Part shown: positions 36,432 to 45,615 of the stretch, piece by piece
How positions within the stretch are numbered: the first letter of the stretch is position 1
Layout: each line of letters begins with the position of its first letter
Notes under the pieces: model-generated
What the model saw: the letters and a program-made list of their open reading frames with translations, nothing else
Told to the model about the DNA's origin: nothing
Databases searched by the model: none
Program-made: the position numbers and the translations under genes
From: Hydrocarboniphaga daqingensis
Lineage (GTDB): Bacteria > Bacteroidota > Bacteroidia > B-17B0 > Aurantibacillaceae
Direction: 5' to 3'
Length of the DNA stretch: 64,000 nt
Assembly: GCA_943362175.1 (NCBI GenBank)
Contig: CALRIU020000004.1
Coordinates: 120,321-184,320 of the forward strand

Positions 36432-36656
36432 ATGAAAAAATTATTTTTAATGTTAGCATTCACAGGTTTAGTAGCGAGCGTTTCTGCAACTACCCCTGGC
36501 GATAAAGACAAAGGCAAAAAAGACGCCAAAAAAGAAACCAAATCCTGCTGCAAGGAAAAAGGAACAGAAGGGAAAGCATGCGCTGCTTCTGACAAAAAAG
36601 AAGGTAAATCATGCTGCAAAAAAGCAGAAGGTACTAAAGCTGCAGAAACGAAATAA
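36432..36656 (+). CDS. Small secreted Lys/Cys-rich protein with duplicated KSCCK motif
   Basis: 74 aa with the signal peptide MKKLFLMLAFTGLVASVSA. The mature 55 aa contain 17 Lys and 5 Cys (KSCCKEK ... GKACAAS ... KSCCKKA). Its own terminator follows. Confidence 0.6.
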   Translation: MKKLFLMLAFTGLVASVSATTPGDKDKGKKDAKKETKSCCKEKGTEGKACAASDKKEGKSCCKKAEGTKAAETK

Positions 36657-36677
36657 TTTTATTCACATTATAGGAAA

Positions 36678-36716
36678 AGCCCACTGGTCTCACCGATCAG
36701 TGGGCTTTGCTTTTTG
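36678..36716 (+). terminator. Rho-independent terminator after the small Lys/Cys-rich gene
   Basis: Reads AGCCCACTG-(11 nt)-CAGTGGGCT followed by TTGCTTTTT. Confidence 0.7.
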
Positions 36717-36854
36717 GGGAAAATCGCCTGCCTGAAAGCTGTTTATAAGTCGATTTTGATAACGCTGTATATTTTCCTTTATTTGACTGAATTTTTTAAG
36801 GGGAAATAGCCCTGTTAAGGATTTAGCGGACAAACACACTAATAGTATACCATT

Positions 36855-38402
36855 ATGAAAGTTGGAATTCCATCGGAAATATCACCCAATGAGTTAAGAG
36901 TTGCTGCAACTCCAAAAACAGTCAAACGTTTGCAAAAGCAAGGATTTGAAGTTTACATTCAGCATCATGCGGGATTAAAAGCAAACTTTTCCGATAAGGA
37001 ATTTGAAGAGGCGGGAGCCAGGATCGTGAACACGGCTGCCGAGATCTACGGGCAATCGGACATTGTTCTGAAAGTCAAAGAGCCGTCGATGGAGGAAGTG
37101 GACCTCATGAAAGAAGGCCTGGTGCTGCTGAGCTATTTATGGCCGGCGCAAAACCAGCCCCTGCTGCAAAAACTGGCCGATAAAAAAGTGAATGCCGTGG
37201 CGATGGATGCCATTCCACGGATCTCGCGGGCGCAGAAAATGGATGTTCTGTCATCGATGGCAAACATTGCCGGCTACAGGGCTGTGATAGAGGGCTCTTA
37301 CCATTTTGGAAGATTCCTAAACGGACAGATCACCGCTGCCGGAAAAGTAGAGCCTGCCAAAGTACTGGTGATTGGTGCCGGTGTAGCCGGTCTGGCTGCG
37401 ATCGGGGCCGCCAATTCCTTAGGCGCCATTGTAAGAGCATTTGATACCCGTAAGGAAGTAGCCGAACAGATTGAATCGATGGGGGCCCAGTTCCTCACCG
37501 TGGAGATAGAAGAGGACGGCGCCACCTCATCCGGTTACTCCAAAGAAATGAGTAAGGAGTTTATCGAGGCCGAGATGAAATTATTCTTAGAGCAGGCCAA
37601 AGAAGTGGACATCGTGATTACGACGGCACAAATTCCGGGTAAGCCCGCTCCGAAGCTGTGGCTGGACTACCACGTTGCAGCCATGAAACCGGGCTCCGTG
37701 ATCGTGGATCTGGCGGCATCTACCGGTGGCAACTGTGCAGAGACCAAAAACGGGGAAGTTTACACAACTCCTAACGGAGTAACGATTGTTGGTAAGCTGA
37801 ACCAGTTGCCTTCCCAGGCATCGCAATTATATGGCAATAACTTATGTCACTTATTAGATGACATGGGGAAAGCAGAAAAATGGAAAATTGATATGGAAGA
37901 TGCCATTGTGTCGAGAGCAATGGTGACTTATAACGGCAAGATCAACTGGCCGCCGGCGCCGCTTCCGGTGAGCCCTACAGCCGGTGGCGGTAATAAAAAG
38001 CCAACAGCACCTACGGCCGAAGAAGTGAAGATTTCCGATGCCGAAAAGTCGAAAAAGGCGGCGACGTCTATGGTGATTCGCCTGGCGGTAGTGGGAGTCT
38101 TACTGTTTTTAGTAGGCCGTTTTGCACCGGCTGAGTTTATCCAGCACTTCACGGTATTTATCCTGGCTGTGTTTGTGGGCTGGCAGTTAATTACCAACGT
38201 GGCACACTCCTTACATACTCCTTTAATGGCCGTAACGAATGCGATCAGCGGAATTATTGTTGTGGGCGGCTTATTACAGACAACGGATGACATGATGAAT
38301 CCCATGACCATTTTAGCTTTCATCGCGATCCTGGTGGCCAGCATCAATATCGTTGGTGGCTTTGTGGTAACTCACCGTATGTTGAAAATGTTCAAAAAAT
38401 AA
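36855..38402 (+). CDS. pntA: NAD(P) transhydrogenase subunit alpha (fused dI + dII-N membrane part)
   Basis: 515 aa with an alanine-dehydrogenase-like fold ([22 protein letters not shown]) and C-terminal TM helices. Confidence 0.93.
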   Translation: MKVGIPSEISPNELRVAATPKTVKRLQKQGFEVYIQHHAGLKANFSDKEFEEAGARIVNTAAEIYGQSDIVLKVKEPSMEEVDLMKEGLVLLSYLWPAQNQPLLQKLADKKVNAVAMDAIPRISRAQKMDVLSSMANIAGYRAVIEGSYHFGRFLNGQITAAGKVEPAKVLVIGAGVAGLAAIGAANSLGAIVRAFDTRKEVAEQIESMGAQFLTVEIEEDGATSSGYSKEMSKEFIEAEMKLFLEQAKEVDIVITTAQIPGKPAPKLWLDYHVAAMKPGSVIVDLAASTGGNCAETKNGEVYTTPNGVTIVGKLNQLPSQASQLYGNNLCHLLDDMGKAEKWKIDMEDAIVSRAMVTYNGKINWPPAPLPVSPTAGGGNKKPTAPTAEEVKISDAEKSKKAATSMVIRLAVVGVLLFLVGRFAPAEFIQHFTVFILAVFVGWQLITNVAHSLHTPLMAVTNAISGIIVVGGLLQTTDDMMNPMTILAFIAILVASINIVGGFVVTHRMLKMFKK

Positions 38403-38457
38403 GAAAGCCTTCGCGTCAACGCTACAAAATTATAAAACATTAAAAAGGAGTTAAATT

Positions 38458-39858
38458 ATGTTCATCGCAAAAGAAATACAAACAGCAGCTTACTTATTCG
38501 CCAGTATCCTGTTTATTTTAAGTTTAGGAGGATTATCATCCCAGGAATCGGCTAAACGCGGCGTGTTCTACGGGATCGTTGGCATGATCGTTGCCATCCT
38601 GGCGACTGTATTAGGCCAGGGAGTGGCAGGCCATGTGTATATTATCATTGCCATCGCCATCGCCTCCGTGATTGGCCTGATGCTGGCCCGTAAAGTGGAA
38701 ATGACAGCCATGCCCCAGCTGGTGGCTATCCTGCATAGCTTTGTGGGCTTAGCAGCCGTATTGGTAGGTTTCGGTTCCTACCTGGATCCTAAATCACATG
38801 AGCTGCATGGTGCTGCTCACAACATTCACCTGGTGGAAGTATTTGTAGGCGTGTTCATCGGAGCCATTACTTTCACAGGCTCTATCATTGCCTGGGGGAA
38901 ATTAGACGGGAAAGTGCCTTCCAAACCCTGGAGCTTTAAAGGGCTCCAGGCCATGAACCTGTTGCTGCTCTTGGTTTGTACTGTTTTGGGCGTTTTATTC
39001 TGCCAGGCAGAAGGAACAAATGGTATGCTTTACCTTGGCATCATGACGGCTATTGCGTCGTTTATCGGCATTGTATTGGTGATGGCCATTGGCGGCGGTG
39101 ATATGCCGGTGGTGGTTTCCATGCTCAACTCGTATTCCGGCTGGGCAGCCTCTGCAGCGGGCTTCATGCTGGGTAACGATTTATTGATTGTAACCGGTGC
39201 TTTGGTAGGAAGCTCGGGTGCCATTCTTTCCATGCACATGTGCCACGCCATGAACCGCTCGTTCTTTGCGGTGATCTTTGCAAGCGGCTCGGGTAACGGC
39301 TCAGGTGGTGAGAAAAAAGCCATTGAAGGCGAGGTAACCTCTTTGAACCACGAAGAAGTGGCTGCCTTGCTGAAAGAAGCAAAATCGGTTGTCATTGTTC
39401 CGGGTTATGGAATGGCAGTTGCCAAAGCACAGTATCCCATTTACGACATGGTGCAGACCCTGCGTAAAGCCGGCAAGAATGTGCGTTTTGCCATTCACCC
39501 GGTGGCAGGCCGTTTACCGGGCCACATGAACGTGTTGCTGGCAGAGGCCAATGTGCCTTACGATATTGTTCTGGAAATGGACGAGATCAATGATGATATG
39601 CCTGATACCGATGTGGTGATGGTGATCGGAGCAAACGACGTTGTCAACCCGAGCGCACAGGACGATCCGGCAAGCTCTATTTACGGGATGCCGGTGATTG
39701 AAGCCTGGAAAGCAGAGAAGGTCATCATCATGAAACGTTCCATGTCTGCCGGTTATTCGGGCGAAGACAATCCCTTATTCTATAAGCCGAATTCAGAAAT
39801 GCTCTACGGCGATGCGAAAGCCAGCGTCGAAAAACTCCTGGGCTTTTTGAAAGCCTAA
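38458..39858 (+). CDS. pntB: NAD(P) transhydrogenase subunit beta
   Basis: 466 aa with an N-terminal TM bundle and the dIII NADP(H) domain ([43 protein letters not shown]). Confidence 0.93.
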   Translation: MFIAKEIQTAAYLFASILFILSLGGLSSQESAKRGVFYGIVGMIVAILATVLGQGVAGHVYIIIAIAIASVIGLMLARKVEMTAMPQLVAILHSFVGLAAVLVGFGSYLDPKSHELHGAAHNIHLVEVFVGVFIGAITFTGSIIAWGKLDGKVPSKPWSFKGLQAMNLLLLLVCTVLGVLFCQAEGTNGMLYLGIMTAIASFIGIVLVMAIGGGDMPVVVSMLNSYSGWAASAAGFMLGNDLLIVTGALVGSSGAILSMHMCHAMNRSFFAVIFASGSGNGSGGEKKAIEGEVTSLNHEEVAALLKEAKSVVIVPGYGMAVAKAQYPIYDMVQTLRKAGKNVRFAIHPVAGRLPGHMNVLLAEANVPYDIVLEMDEINDDMPDTDVVMVIGANDVVNPSAQDDPASSIYGMPVIEAWKAEKVIIMKRSMSAGYSGEDNPLFYKPNSEMLYGDAKASVEKLLGFLKA

Positions 39859-39882
39859 GAGTTCCGGGACATAAGAATCAAA

Positions 39883-39912
39883 GGCGTTACAATCTATGTA
39901 ACGCCTTTTTTT
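39883..39912 (+). terminator. Rho-independent terminator after pntB
   Basis: Reads GGCGTTAC-(7 nt)-GTAACGCC followed by TTTTTTT. Confidence 0.75.
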
Positions 39913-40020
39913 ATGACCGGCTATATGATTTTCGGTCAGGCATCAGCCAGTTTTTTCTGTTAAAATAATTGGCTTTGGGGTAATATTACGTTACATTAGA
40001 TTAACTCTAAACATATTCTA

Positions 40021-40647
40021 ATGAACAGGTTCCGTCAGTTTTTTGCTATAGTTTCCTTTTCGGTGGCTTTACCGCTATTCTCACAATCCGGCTCCAACAC
40101 CAAGCCTGGCTTTGAATCCCTGCCGGAAGTGTTGCTGAGTTTCGATGCTGTTCTGAACGGAAATAAGGTAGAGCTGACCTGGGCTTCGAATGCGGAATAT
40201 ACTAACAATTACTTTACCATCGAAAAATCGAAAGATGCCGTTGCCTTTACCGAGTTCCTGAAAATCCGGAACTTCGGAAATAACAGCAATATCATCAGCT
40301 ACTTCGATGTGGATTATGTGCCTTATAACGGCATGTCCTACTACCGCCTCACGCAAACCAATGCCGAAGGGCATATCTTATCGTCGCGTGTTCTCTCGGT
40401 CAATAACCAGGGGACATATCCTGTGCTCACGCTGGCAGAGTCTGGCGTGCAGACCGCAGATTCACGGGAAGCCCTGGTGGTACTGAGAAACGAAAAGGGA
40501 GAGGAAAGCGTATCGAAAGTGATCGTGAATGGAACCGATGATCTGAGCATCTCCTCTGATAACAGCAGTAAATTAAACAACGGGACTTACGTCATCATTG
40601 CTTCCTCCGATAATAAGCTTTACAGCAAGGTGGTGAAGATCCAGTAA
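40021..40647 (+). CDS. Hypothetical secreted protein
   Basis: 208 aa with the signal peptide MNRFRQFFAIVSFSVALPLFSQ. Beta-rich, no recognised family. Confidence 0.55.
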   Translation: MNRFRQFFAIVSFSVALPLFSQSGSNTKPGFESLPEVLLSFDAVLNGNKVELTWASNAEYTNNYFTIEKSKDAVAFTEFLKIRNFGNNSNIISYFDVDYVPYNGMSYYRLTQTNAEGHILSSRVLSVNNQGTYPVLTLAESGVQTADSREALVVLRNEKGEESVSKVIVNGTDDLSISSDNSSKLNNGTYVIIASSDNKLYSKVVKIQ

Positions 40648-40652
40648 GGTGT

Positions 40653-40967
40653 TTTCAGGCGGGACTTCGACTGCGCTCAGTCGCCGCAGATTATCTGCCA
40701 AAAACCAACTTCAAATTTCAGGCGGGACTTCGACTGCGCTCAGTCGCCGCAGATTATCTGCCAAAAACTAACTTCAAATTTCAGGCGGGACTTCGACTTC
40801 GCTCAGTCGCCGCAGATTATCTGCAAAACACTAACTTCAAATTTCAGGCGGGACTTCGACTTCGCTCAGTCGCCGCAGATTATCTGCCAAAAACTAACTT
40901 CAAATTTCATGCGGGACTTCGACTGCGCTCAGTCACCGCAGATTATCTGCCAAACACTAACTTCAAA
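40653..40967. repeat. Tandem array: 5 head-to-tail copies of a 63-bp unit (two hairpins per unit)
   Basis: Units start at 40653, 40716, 40779, 40842 and 40905, an exact 63-nt period. The consensus is TTTCAGGCGGGACTTCGACTGCGCTCAGTCGCCGCAGATTATCTGCCAAAAACTAACTTCAAA. Copies differ by 1-3 substitutions with no indels. The core TTCGACTGCGCTCA is the reverse complement of the dispersed TGAGCG.AGTCGAA loop. Confidence 0.95.
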
Positions 40968-41104
40968 TGGTGGATGAGCGGAGTCGAGTGATGATCGGTT
41001 TAATGAAGGGAAGAACTTGAAATGGTGGCTGAGCGGAGTCGAGTGATGATCGGTTTAATGAGGGAAGAACTTGAAATGGTGGCTGAGCGGAGTCGAAGCC
41101 ACCA
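40968..41104. repeat. Tandem array: 2.5 copies of a 55/54-bp unit carrying the same core in the opposite orientation
   Basis: Units start at 40968, 41023 and 41077 and read TGGTGG(A/C)TGAGCGGAGTCGAGTGATGATCGGTTTAATGA(A)GGGAAGAACTTGAAA. The last copy forms the perfect hairpin TGGTGGC-TGAGCGGAGTCGAA-GCCACCA, 3 nt from the batE stop codon. Confidence 0.9.
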
Positions 41105-41107
41105 ACG

Positions 41108-41896
41108 TTAAAACAACCCGGCGTCCGCCGTTTTAATCCAGGCTTCGTTACCGTTCTCCAGCTTGATATTCGTCCACTCGTCGTTGGTTTCCAGCACGCG
41201 AACCCGTGTGCCTTCGTGCAGACTGAACTTGGAGCCGGAAGCATCAGACGGCTCTTCATGCGTGCGTGTTTCGCGGGCGGTGATGATGGCGAACTTGTTA
41301 TTTTGCTTATCGTTCAGCGCAGAAAAGCCAAGCACCATCGATGCCGGAAATAAGATAAAGCACAGAAAACCGGCGAAAAATCCGACACGTTTCAGTACCA
41401 GGTTTTGCGAAGTAAAGAAGAGGAAGAACAAGCCCAGGGATACGATGAGGCTCGTGATGCTCAGCCAGGCCCAGCCACTGGTGCTCAGGGCATTCACCAA
41501 TCCTGATTTGATCACACTTAAGAAAAAATTTTCCTTGCTTTCAATTTTGTCAATCGTTTTTTCATTGGCGATGCGCAGGTTGGTCAGCACATCCTCGTTG
41601 TTTGGCTCCAGCTTATTGGCCAGCTCATAATGGTAGATGGCTTTTCCGAGCTCCTTGTTTTTATAATAGGCATTGCCCAGGTTATAATGCAGCTTGTAGG
41701 AGGTATAGCCATCCTGCAACAGCGATTCATAAGAGGCAATCGCTTCCTTGTATTTTTTCTCCGTATAAAACTTTTCGGCCTCCGCAGGAGCTTTCAGATC
41801 TTTGTGTGCAAAGGACATTTTGCCCATGAGCAAGGCCATGCACAAAAATAAGATGCAGGATGCCTGCTTTATCGGATATGTTGCCTTAGTTCCCAT
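41108..41896 (-). CDS. batE: BatE-like TPR + bacterial SH3 domain membrane protein
   Basis: 262 aa with TPR repeats (YKLHYNLGNAYYKNKELGKAIYHYELANKLEPNN), TM helices and a C-terminal SH3b (GTRVRVLETNDEWTNIKLENGNEAWI). It is the last gene of the Bat cluster. Confidence 0.75.
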   Translation of the reverse strand: MGTKATYPIKQASCILFLCMALLMGKMSFAHKDLKAPAEAEKFYTEKKYKEAIASYESLLQDGYTSYKLHYNLGNAYYKNKELGKAIYHYELANKLEPNNEDVLTNLRIANEKTIDKIESKENFFLSVIKSGLVNALSTSGWAWLSITSLIVSLGLFFLFFTSQNLVLKRVGFFAGFLCFILFPASMVLGFSALNDKQNNKFAIITARETRTHEEPSDASGSKFSLHEGTRVRVLETNDEWTNIKLENGNEAWIKTADAGLF

Positions 41897-43699
41897 TTAT
41901 AATTTGATCTGGTTTTCCAGTTGTGAGATCAGCTCTGCGGTATCGTTGTATACTTTTTTCAGATCGCCGGTTACCGCGCTTGGCGCATACTTCGCATACT
42001 CGCAGGTGTCGATCGTTGCGATCAGCTGAGTGCGTGTCTGCTCTGCGACCTGGCGTTGCAGGAGCATCTCCGAAATGCGGTCTTTGGAAAGATCGGCCAC
42101 CGGAAGCCCCAGCTTATCGCTGATGTAGCGGTTCAGGGCATTGAGCACCTCGTTGAAAAATTCGTCTTTGCGGTTGGCCTGCATGTATTTTTCGGCAGCA
42201 GCCAGCTGTTTCTTGGCAATGCGTGCGGCCTTGCGCTGTTTCATGGCCGGCATATCGCTGTTGGCCTTAATACGTTGCTTCACGGCAATCACAGCTCCCA
42301 GGAAGAGAAGCACCGGAATTGTCAGCAGGGCATAGTGGAGTGGGGAAGAGAAGAATTCATCTTCTGTTTTTTGCAGGCCGAGGTCGCCGCGCTTAATATA
42401 GCGGATATCGTTCTCCGTTTCGTTCAATCCCTTTTTATGCGGAACAATCACCTGGGCTGAGCTGCCGTCACCTTCCAGCACGCTGAGCTTCATATCCGGC
42501 GAAGGCAGTTTCACGTATTGTTTTTTCTCCGGGTCGAAAAAGCTGAAGTTCAAACCATTGATGATGAACTCTCCCTTTTCCCTCGGGATGACCAGGTAAT
42601 CAAAGGTTTTGCTGCCACTTACGCCGCCGGCGGTCTTAATGGTTTCATTGATCTTCGGATCGTAAGTTTCAAAGCTTTCGGGCAGCTCCGCTTTTGGCGC
42701 TTCCAGTAAGGCAATGTTTCCTTTTCCTGTCACGGTGAGCTTAATATTCACCGCATCATTGGCTTTCACCTGGTCTTTGCTCAGCTCGGTTTTATAGGAG
42801 AAATTTCCCACGGCTCCGGTAAAACCTTCCGGCTTGCCTTCCTCCGGAAGCTCTTTCACTTCTACTTTCACCGGTTTGCTTTTTACTTTCACCGCCACAT
42901 CCTCATAGCCTCCGGCTCCGAAGAACTGTTCAAAGATATTGCGCGGCTGGCGCTGGGTAGCCCTTCGCACAATGCACTCCAGCTCCACAGGCTCTATGCT
43001 CATCGTTCCGCTGCGCTGAGGAAACAAGTATACTTTGTTGTATTCCGCTACAAAATAGGTGATCCCGTTGAGGACCTCCTGCTGTAGGTTGATCTGCTTG
43101 TTGCCTTCTTCCTGCTGCGACCAGAAACCATTGTAGGGCGGAAACTTGATGTTCTGAAAGCCTCTCAGGTCGACACGGGAATATACTTTTTGCGTGACGG
43201 TGATCTGCTCGCCGATATAGCATTTGGCTTTACTCAGGAAGGTCCGTACAAAAAGGTCCTCGTTTGTGATCTCGCTGGCAAACTGGTTGGGGTCGGAAGG
43301 GTTGTTGCCCTGCGATGTCTGTGTACTGCCTTTGGTTACCTCGATCACGATAGGCGCTGTTTCCAGCTTTTGATTGCCGTTTGCCATTACGGAAGCGGGA
43401 CCTATGGTGATCTTTCCTTCTTTCTTGGCCGAAATAATAAAAGAAATCGTTGTGGATTGCGACATGTTACCATTCACAATGCTCATGCTCTGGCTTTGGT
43501 TGGGGCCCATGTGAATATTAAAATCTTTCAGATTTGAATACACCAGGTTGTTTCCCGGACCGTTGAGCGTAAAGGCAATCTGGAACTGCTCGCCTACAGC
43601 CACCCTGTTTTTGCTTACCTGTGCATAGAATGCAGGCGTTTGTGCATTTGCCAGGAAGGCAAGGCATACGCAGAATACTATGGCCAGTTTTTTCAGCAC
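41897..43699 (-). CDS. batD: BatD-family (oxygen-tolerance) protein
   Basis: 600 aa with a signal peptide, then VSKNRVAVGEQFQIAFTLNG and repeated Ig-like segments. One TM helix lies near residue 460. It abuts batE with no gap. Confidence 0.8.
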   Translation of the reverse strand: MLKKLAIVFCVCLAFLANAQTPAFYAQVSKNRVAVGEQFQIAFTLNGPGNNLVYSNLKDFNIHMGPNQSQSMSIVNGNMSQSTTISFIISAKKEGKITIGPASVMANGNQKLETAPIVIEVTKGSTQTSQGNNPSDPNQFASEITNEDLFVRTFLSKAKCYIGEQITVTQKVYSRVDLRGFQNIKFPPYNGFWSQQEEGNKQINLQQEVLNGITYFVAEYNKVYLFPQRSGTMSIEPVELECIVRRATQRQPRNIFEQFFGAGGYEDVAVKVKSKPVKVEVKELPEEGKPEGFTGAVGNFSYKTELSKDQVKANDAVNIKLTVTGKGNIALLEAPKAELPESFETYDPKINETIKTAGGVSGSKTFDYLVIPREKGEFIINGLNFSFFDPEKKQYVKLPSPDMKLSVLEGDGSSAQVIVPHKKGLNETENDIRYIKRGDLGLQKTEDEFFSSPLHYALLTIPVLLFLGAVIAVKQRIKANSDMPAMKQRKAARIAKKQLAAAEKYMQANRKDEFFNEVLNALNRYISDKLGLPVADLSKDRISEMLLQRQVAEQTRTQLIATIDTCEYAKYAPSAVTGDLKKVYNDTAELISQLENQIKL

Positions 43700-43838
43700 C
43701 TGTTTTGTTTTTTTAATGTGTTACAGAATTACGTTTCGGGGGCAATTCTGTTTGTCGGATCCTTTAATTTTACTCTTTTATCTCTTCTGTCTCTCTATCC
43801 TGTCCCACTACTCAAGTCTCTCACTACTCACGTCTCTT

Positions 43839-44585
43839 CTACCAGTCCTTATCCGGGTTCCTTTTCTGCCCTTCGCCCTTTTTCTCGTGGAGGTTCTGGT
43901 TTTTCTTTTCCGAATTTTTAAGAGCATTCAGCATTTGCTCTGCCTGTTCCTTGCTCATGGCCGGTGGCTGGGCTTCCTGCTGATCCTTGTCGTTAGGATT
44001 GTTGACTTTTTGCTTGTCTTTTTCCTGCTGGTCCTTATCTTTTTTCTGATCCTGGTTTTTATTCTGGTTCTTTTGCTGCTCTTTCAGTTTGCGTTGCGCA
44101 TAAGCCAGGTTATAGCGGGTTTCCTCATCTTTTGGATTCAACCGGAGCGCTTTCTTGTAGCCGCTCACCGCCTCTTCATAATTTTTCTGCTGCAGCTTGG
44201 CGTTGCCGAAGTTGTGCCAGGCTTTCTGGATGGTGTCCGGGTTGTTTACCGATTTGGCCACCACCTCAAATTGTTCAGCCGCCTGGTCGAACACCAGGTT
44301 TGCCGCCGAATCGGCCGTCATGCGTTTATCCGGCACAGGCATTTTTCCGCTTTTGATCATCGCGGCCGTTTTATACAACGCATCACCCAGGTTGAAGTTT
44401 GCCTTGTAATACGTCGGTTTCTCTTTCAGCGACTTTTTATAAATGGATGCCGACTCCATGATTTTCCCACCATGGTAAGCCTGGTTTCCCGCATGCAGGA
44501 GCTTTTTCTCTTCCTGGGCAAAGCCCCTCAGGAAAAAGCAAACCAGCAGACCGGCCAACACGATGTATCTATACTGTTTTTGCAT
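43839..44585 (-). CDS. batC: BatC-like TPR protein with low-complexity K/Q/D/N tail
   Basis: 248 aa with a signal/TM segment, TPR repeats and the tail QQKNQNKNQDQKKDKDQQEKDKQK. It overlaps the batB end by 17 nt. Confidence 0.75.
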   Translation of the reverse strand: MQKQYRYIVLAGLLVCFFLRGFAQEEKKLLHAGNQAYHGGKIMESASIYKKSLKEKPTYYKANFNLGDALYKTAAMIKSGKMPVPDKRMTADSAANLVFDQAAEQFEVVAKSVNNPDTIQKAWHNFGNAKLQQKNYEEAVSGYKKALRLNPKDEETRYNLAYAQRKLKEQQKNQNKNQDQKKDKDQQEKDKQKVNNPNDKDQQEAQPPAMSKEQAEQMLNALKNSEKKNQNLHEKKGEGQKRNPDKDW

Positions 44586-45615
44586 CTTTAAATAAATTCA
44601 GTTTTTTCCAGAGCCTGCTCACACGTTCCGAGATCAGGGCTTCAATCACCAGCAGCAGCAATGCCGCTCCTAAGAACCACTGGAACTGATCTTCGTAATC
44701 GGTGTACATTTTGCTTTCCATTTGCTTTTTGTCCATCTCGGCAATCTTGTTCATGATGGCGTCGAGGCCGATGTCGGCGCTGGTAGCCTGTACATACACA
44801 CCGTTGGCTGCCGCTGCAATATCCTGTAGGATCTTCGGATCCAGCTTCGTCACCACCGTATTTCCCTGCTTGTCTTTTTTATATCCTGCCGGTACGCCGT
44901 TTACCACGTTCGGGATAGGAACCCCGCTTTCGGAGCCTACACCGATCGTGTGGATCGTAATGTTCTTTTTGGCAGCCTCTTCGGCTACAGCCACCGCATC
45001 ATCCTCTTCGTTCTGCTCACCATCGGTAATGATCACAATCGCTTTATTCTTTCCCTCGTCCTTGCCGAAGCTTTCCAGCGAAGTATTGATGGCGGCGGCA
45101 ATATTCGTTCCCTGCACCGGTACAATTTTAGGGTTGATGCTTTCCAGGAACATCTTGGCCGCACCGTAATCCGTGGTAATAGGCAGCTGCACATACGCTT
45201 CGCCTGCAAATACCACAATGCCCAGGCGGTCGCCCTGCAGCTTGTCGATCATTTTTTCGAGAGCGATCTTGGCCCTTTCCAGTCGGTTTGGCGTGAGGTC
45301 CTGCGCCATCATACTGTTGGATACATCGAGGCACACCATGATGTCGGCGCCTTCGCGCTTCACATCCTGCGTTTTTGTTCCCGTTTGCAGGTTGCAGATT
45401 CCCAGGATCAACAGGCTTAAGCCAAGCGTGAATAAAACGAAGCGTCCTGTTTTTTTCGCTTTCGACACATCCGGCACCAGCTGGCGTACCAGCACGCTGT
45501 CGCCCAGCTTTTTCAGGTTGCGCCTGGTTTTGAACACATACCAGATGTAGATCAGCACACAGAAGGGAATCAGTGCAAGCGCATAAAAGTATTCCGGGTT
45601 TTCGAACTTAAACAT
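44569..45615 (-). CDS. batB: VWA domain membrane protein BatB
   Basis: 348 aa. Starts FENPEYFYALALIPF, with VWA blocks (MVCLDVSNSM, AIVIITDGEQNE). Confidence 0.85.
   Translation of the reverse strand: MFKFENPEYFYALALIPFCVLIYIWYVFKTRRNLKKLGDSVLVRQLVPDVSKAKKTGRFVLFTLGLSLLILGICNLQTGTKTQDVKREGADIMVCLDVSNSMMAQDLTPNRLERAKIALEKMIDKLQGDRLGIVVFAGEAYVQLPITTDYGAAKMFLESINPKIVPVQGTNIAAAINTSLESFGKDEGKNKAIVIITDGEQNEEDDAVAVAEEAAKKNITIHTIGVGSESGVPIPNVVNGVPAGYKKDKQGNTVVTKLDPKILQDIAAAANGVYVQATSADIGLDAIMNKIAEMDKKQMESKMYTDYEDQFQWFLGAALLLLVIEALISERVSRLWKKLNLFKDAKTV

Noticed and set aside
40653-41104. Possible CRISPR array, given regularly spaced repeats in a non-coding gap
   Set aside because: The units are contiguous head-to-tail with no unique spacers between them. 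The period is 63 or 55 bp, covering the whole unit. No cas genes lie in the window, and the same core occurs singly elsewhere.
43680-44591. 303-aa plus-strand ORF
   Set aside because: It lies antisense to batC and consists of Leu/Phe-rich low-complexity sequence that mirrors the K/Q/D/E-rich batC tail. The minus-strand gene has a signal peptide, TPR repeats and operon context.
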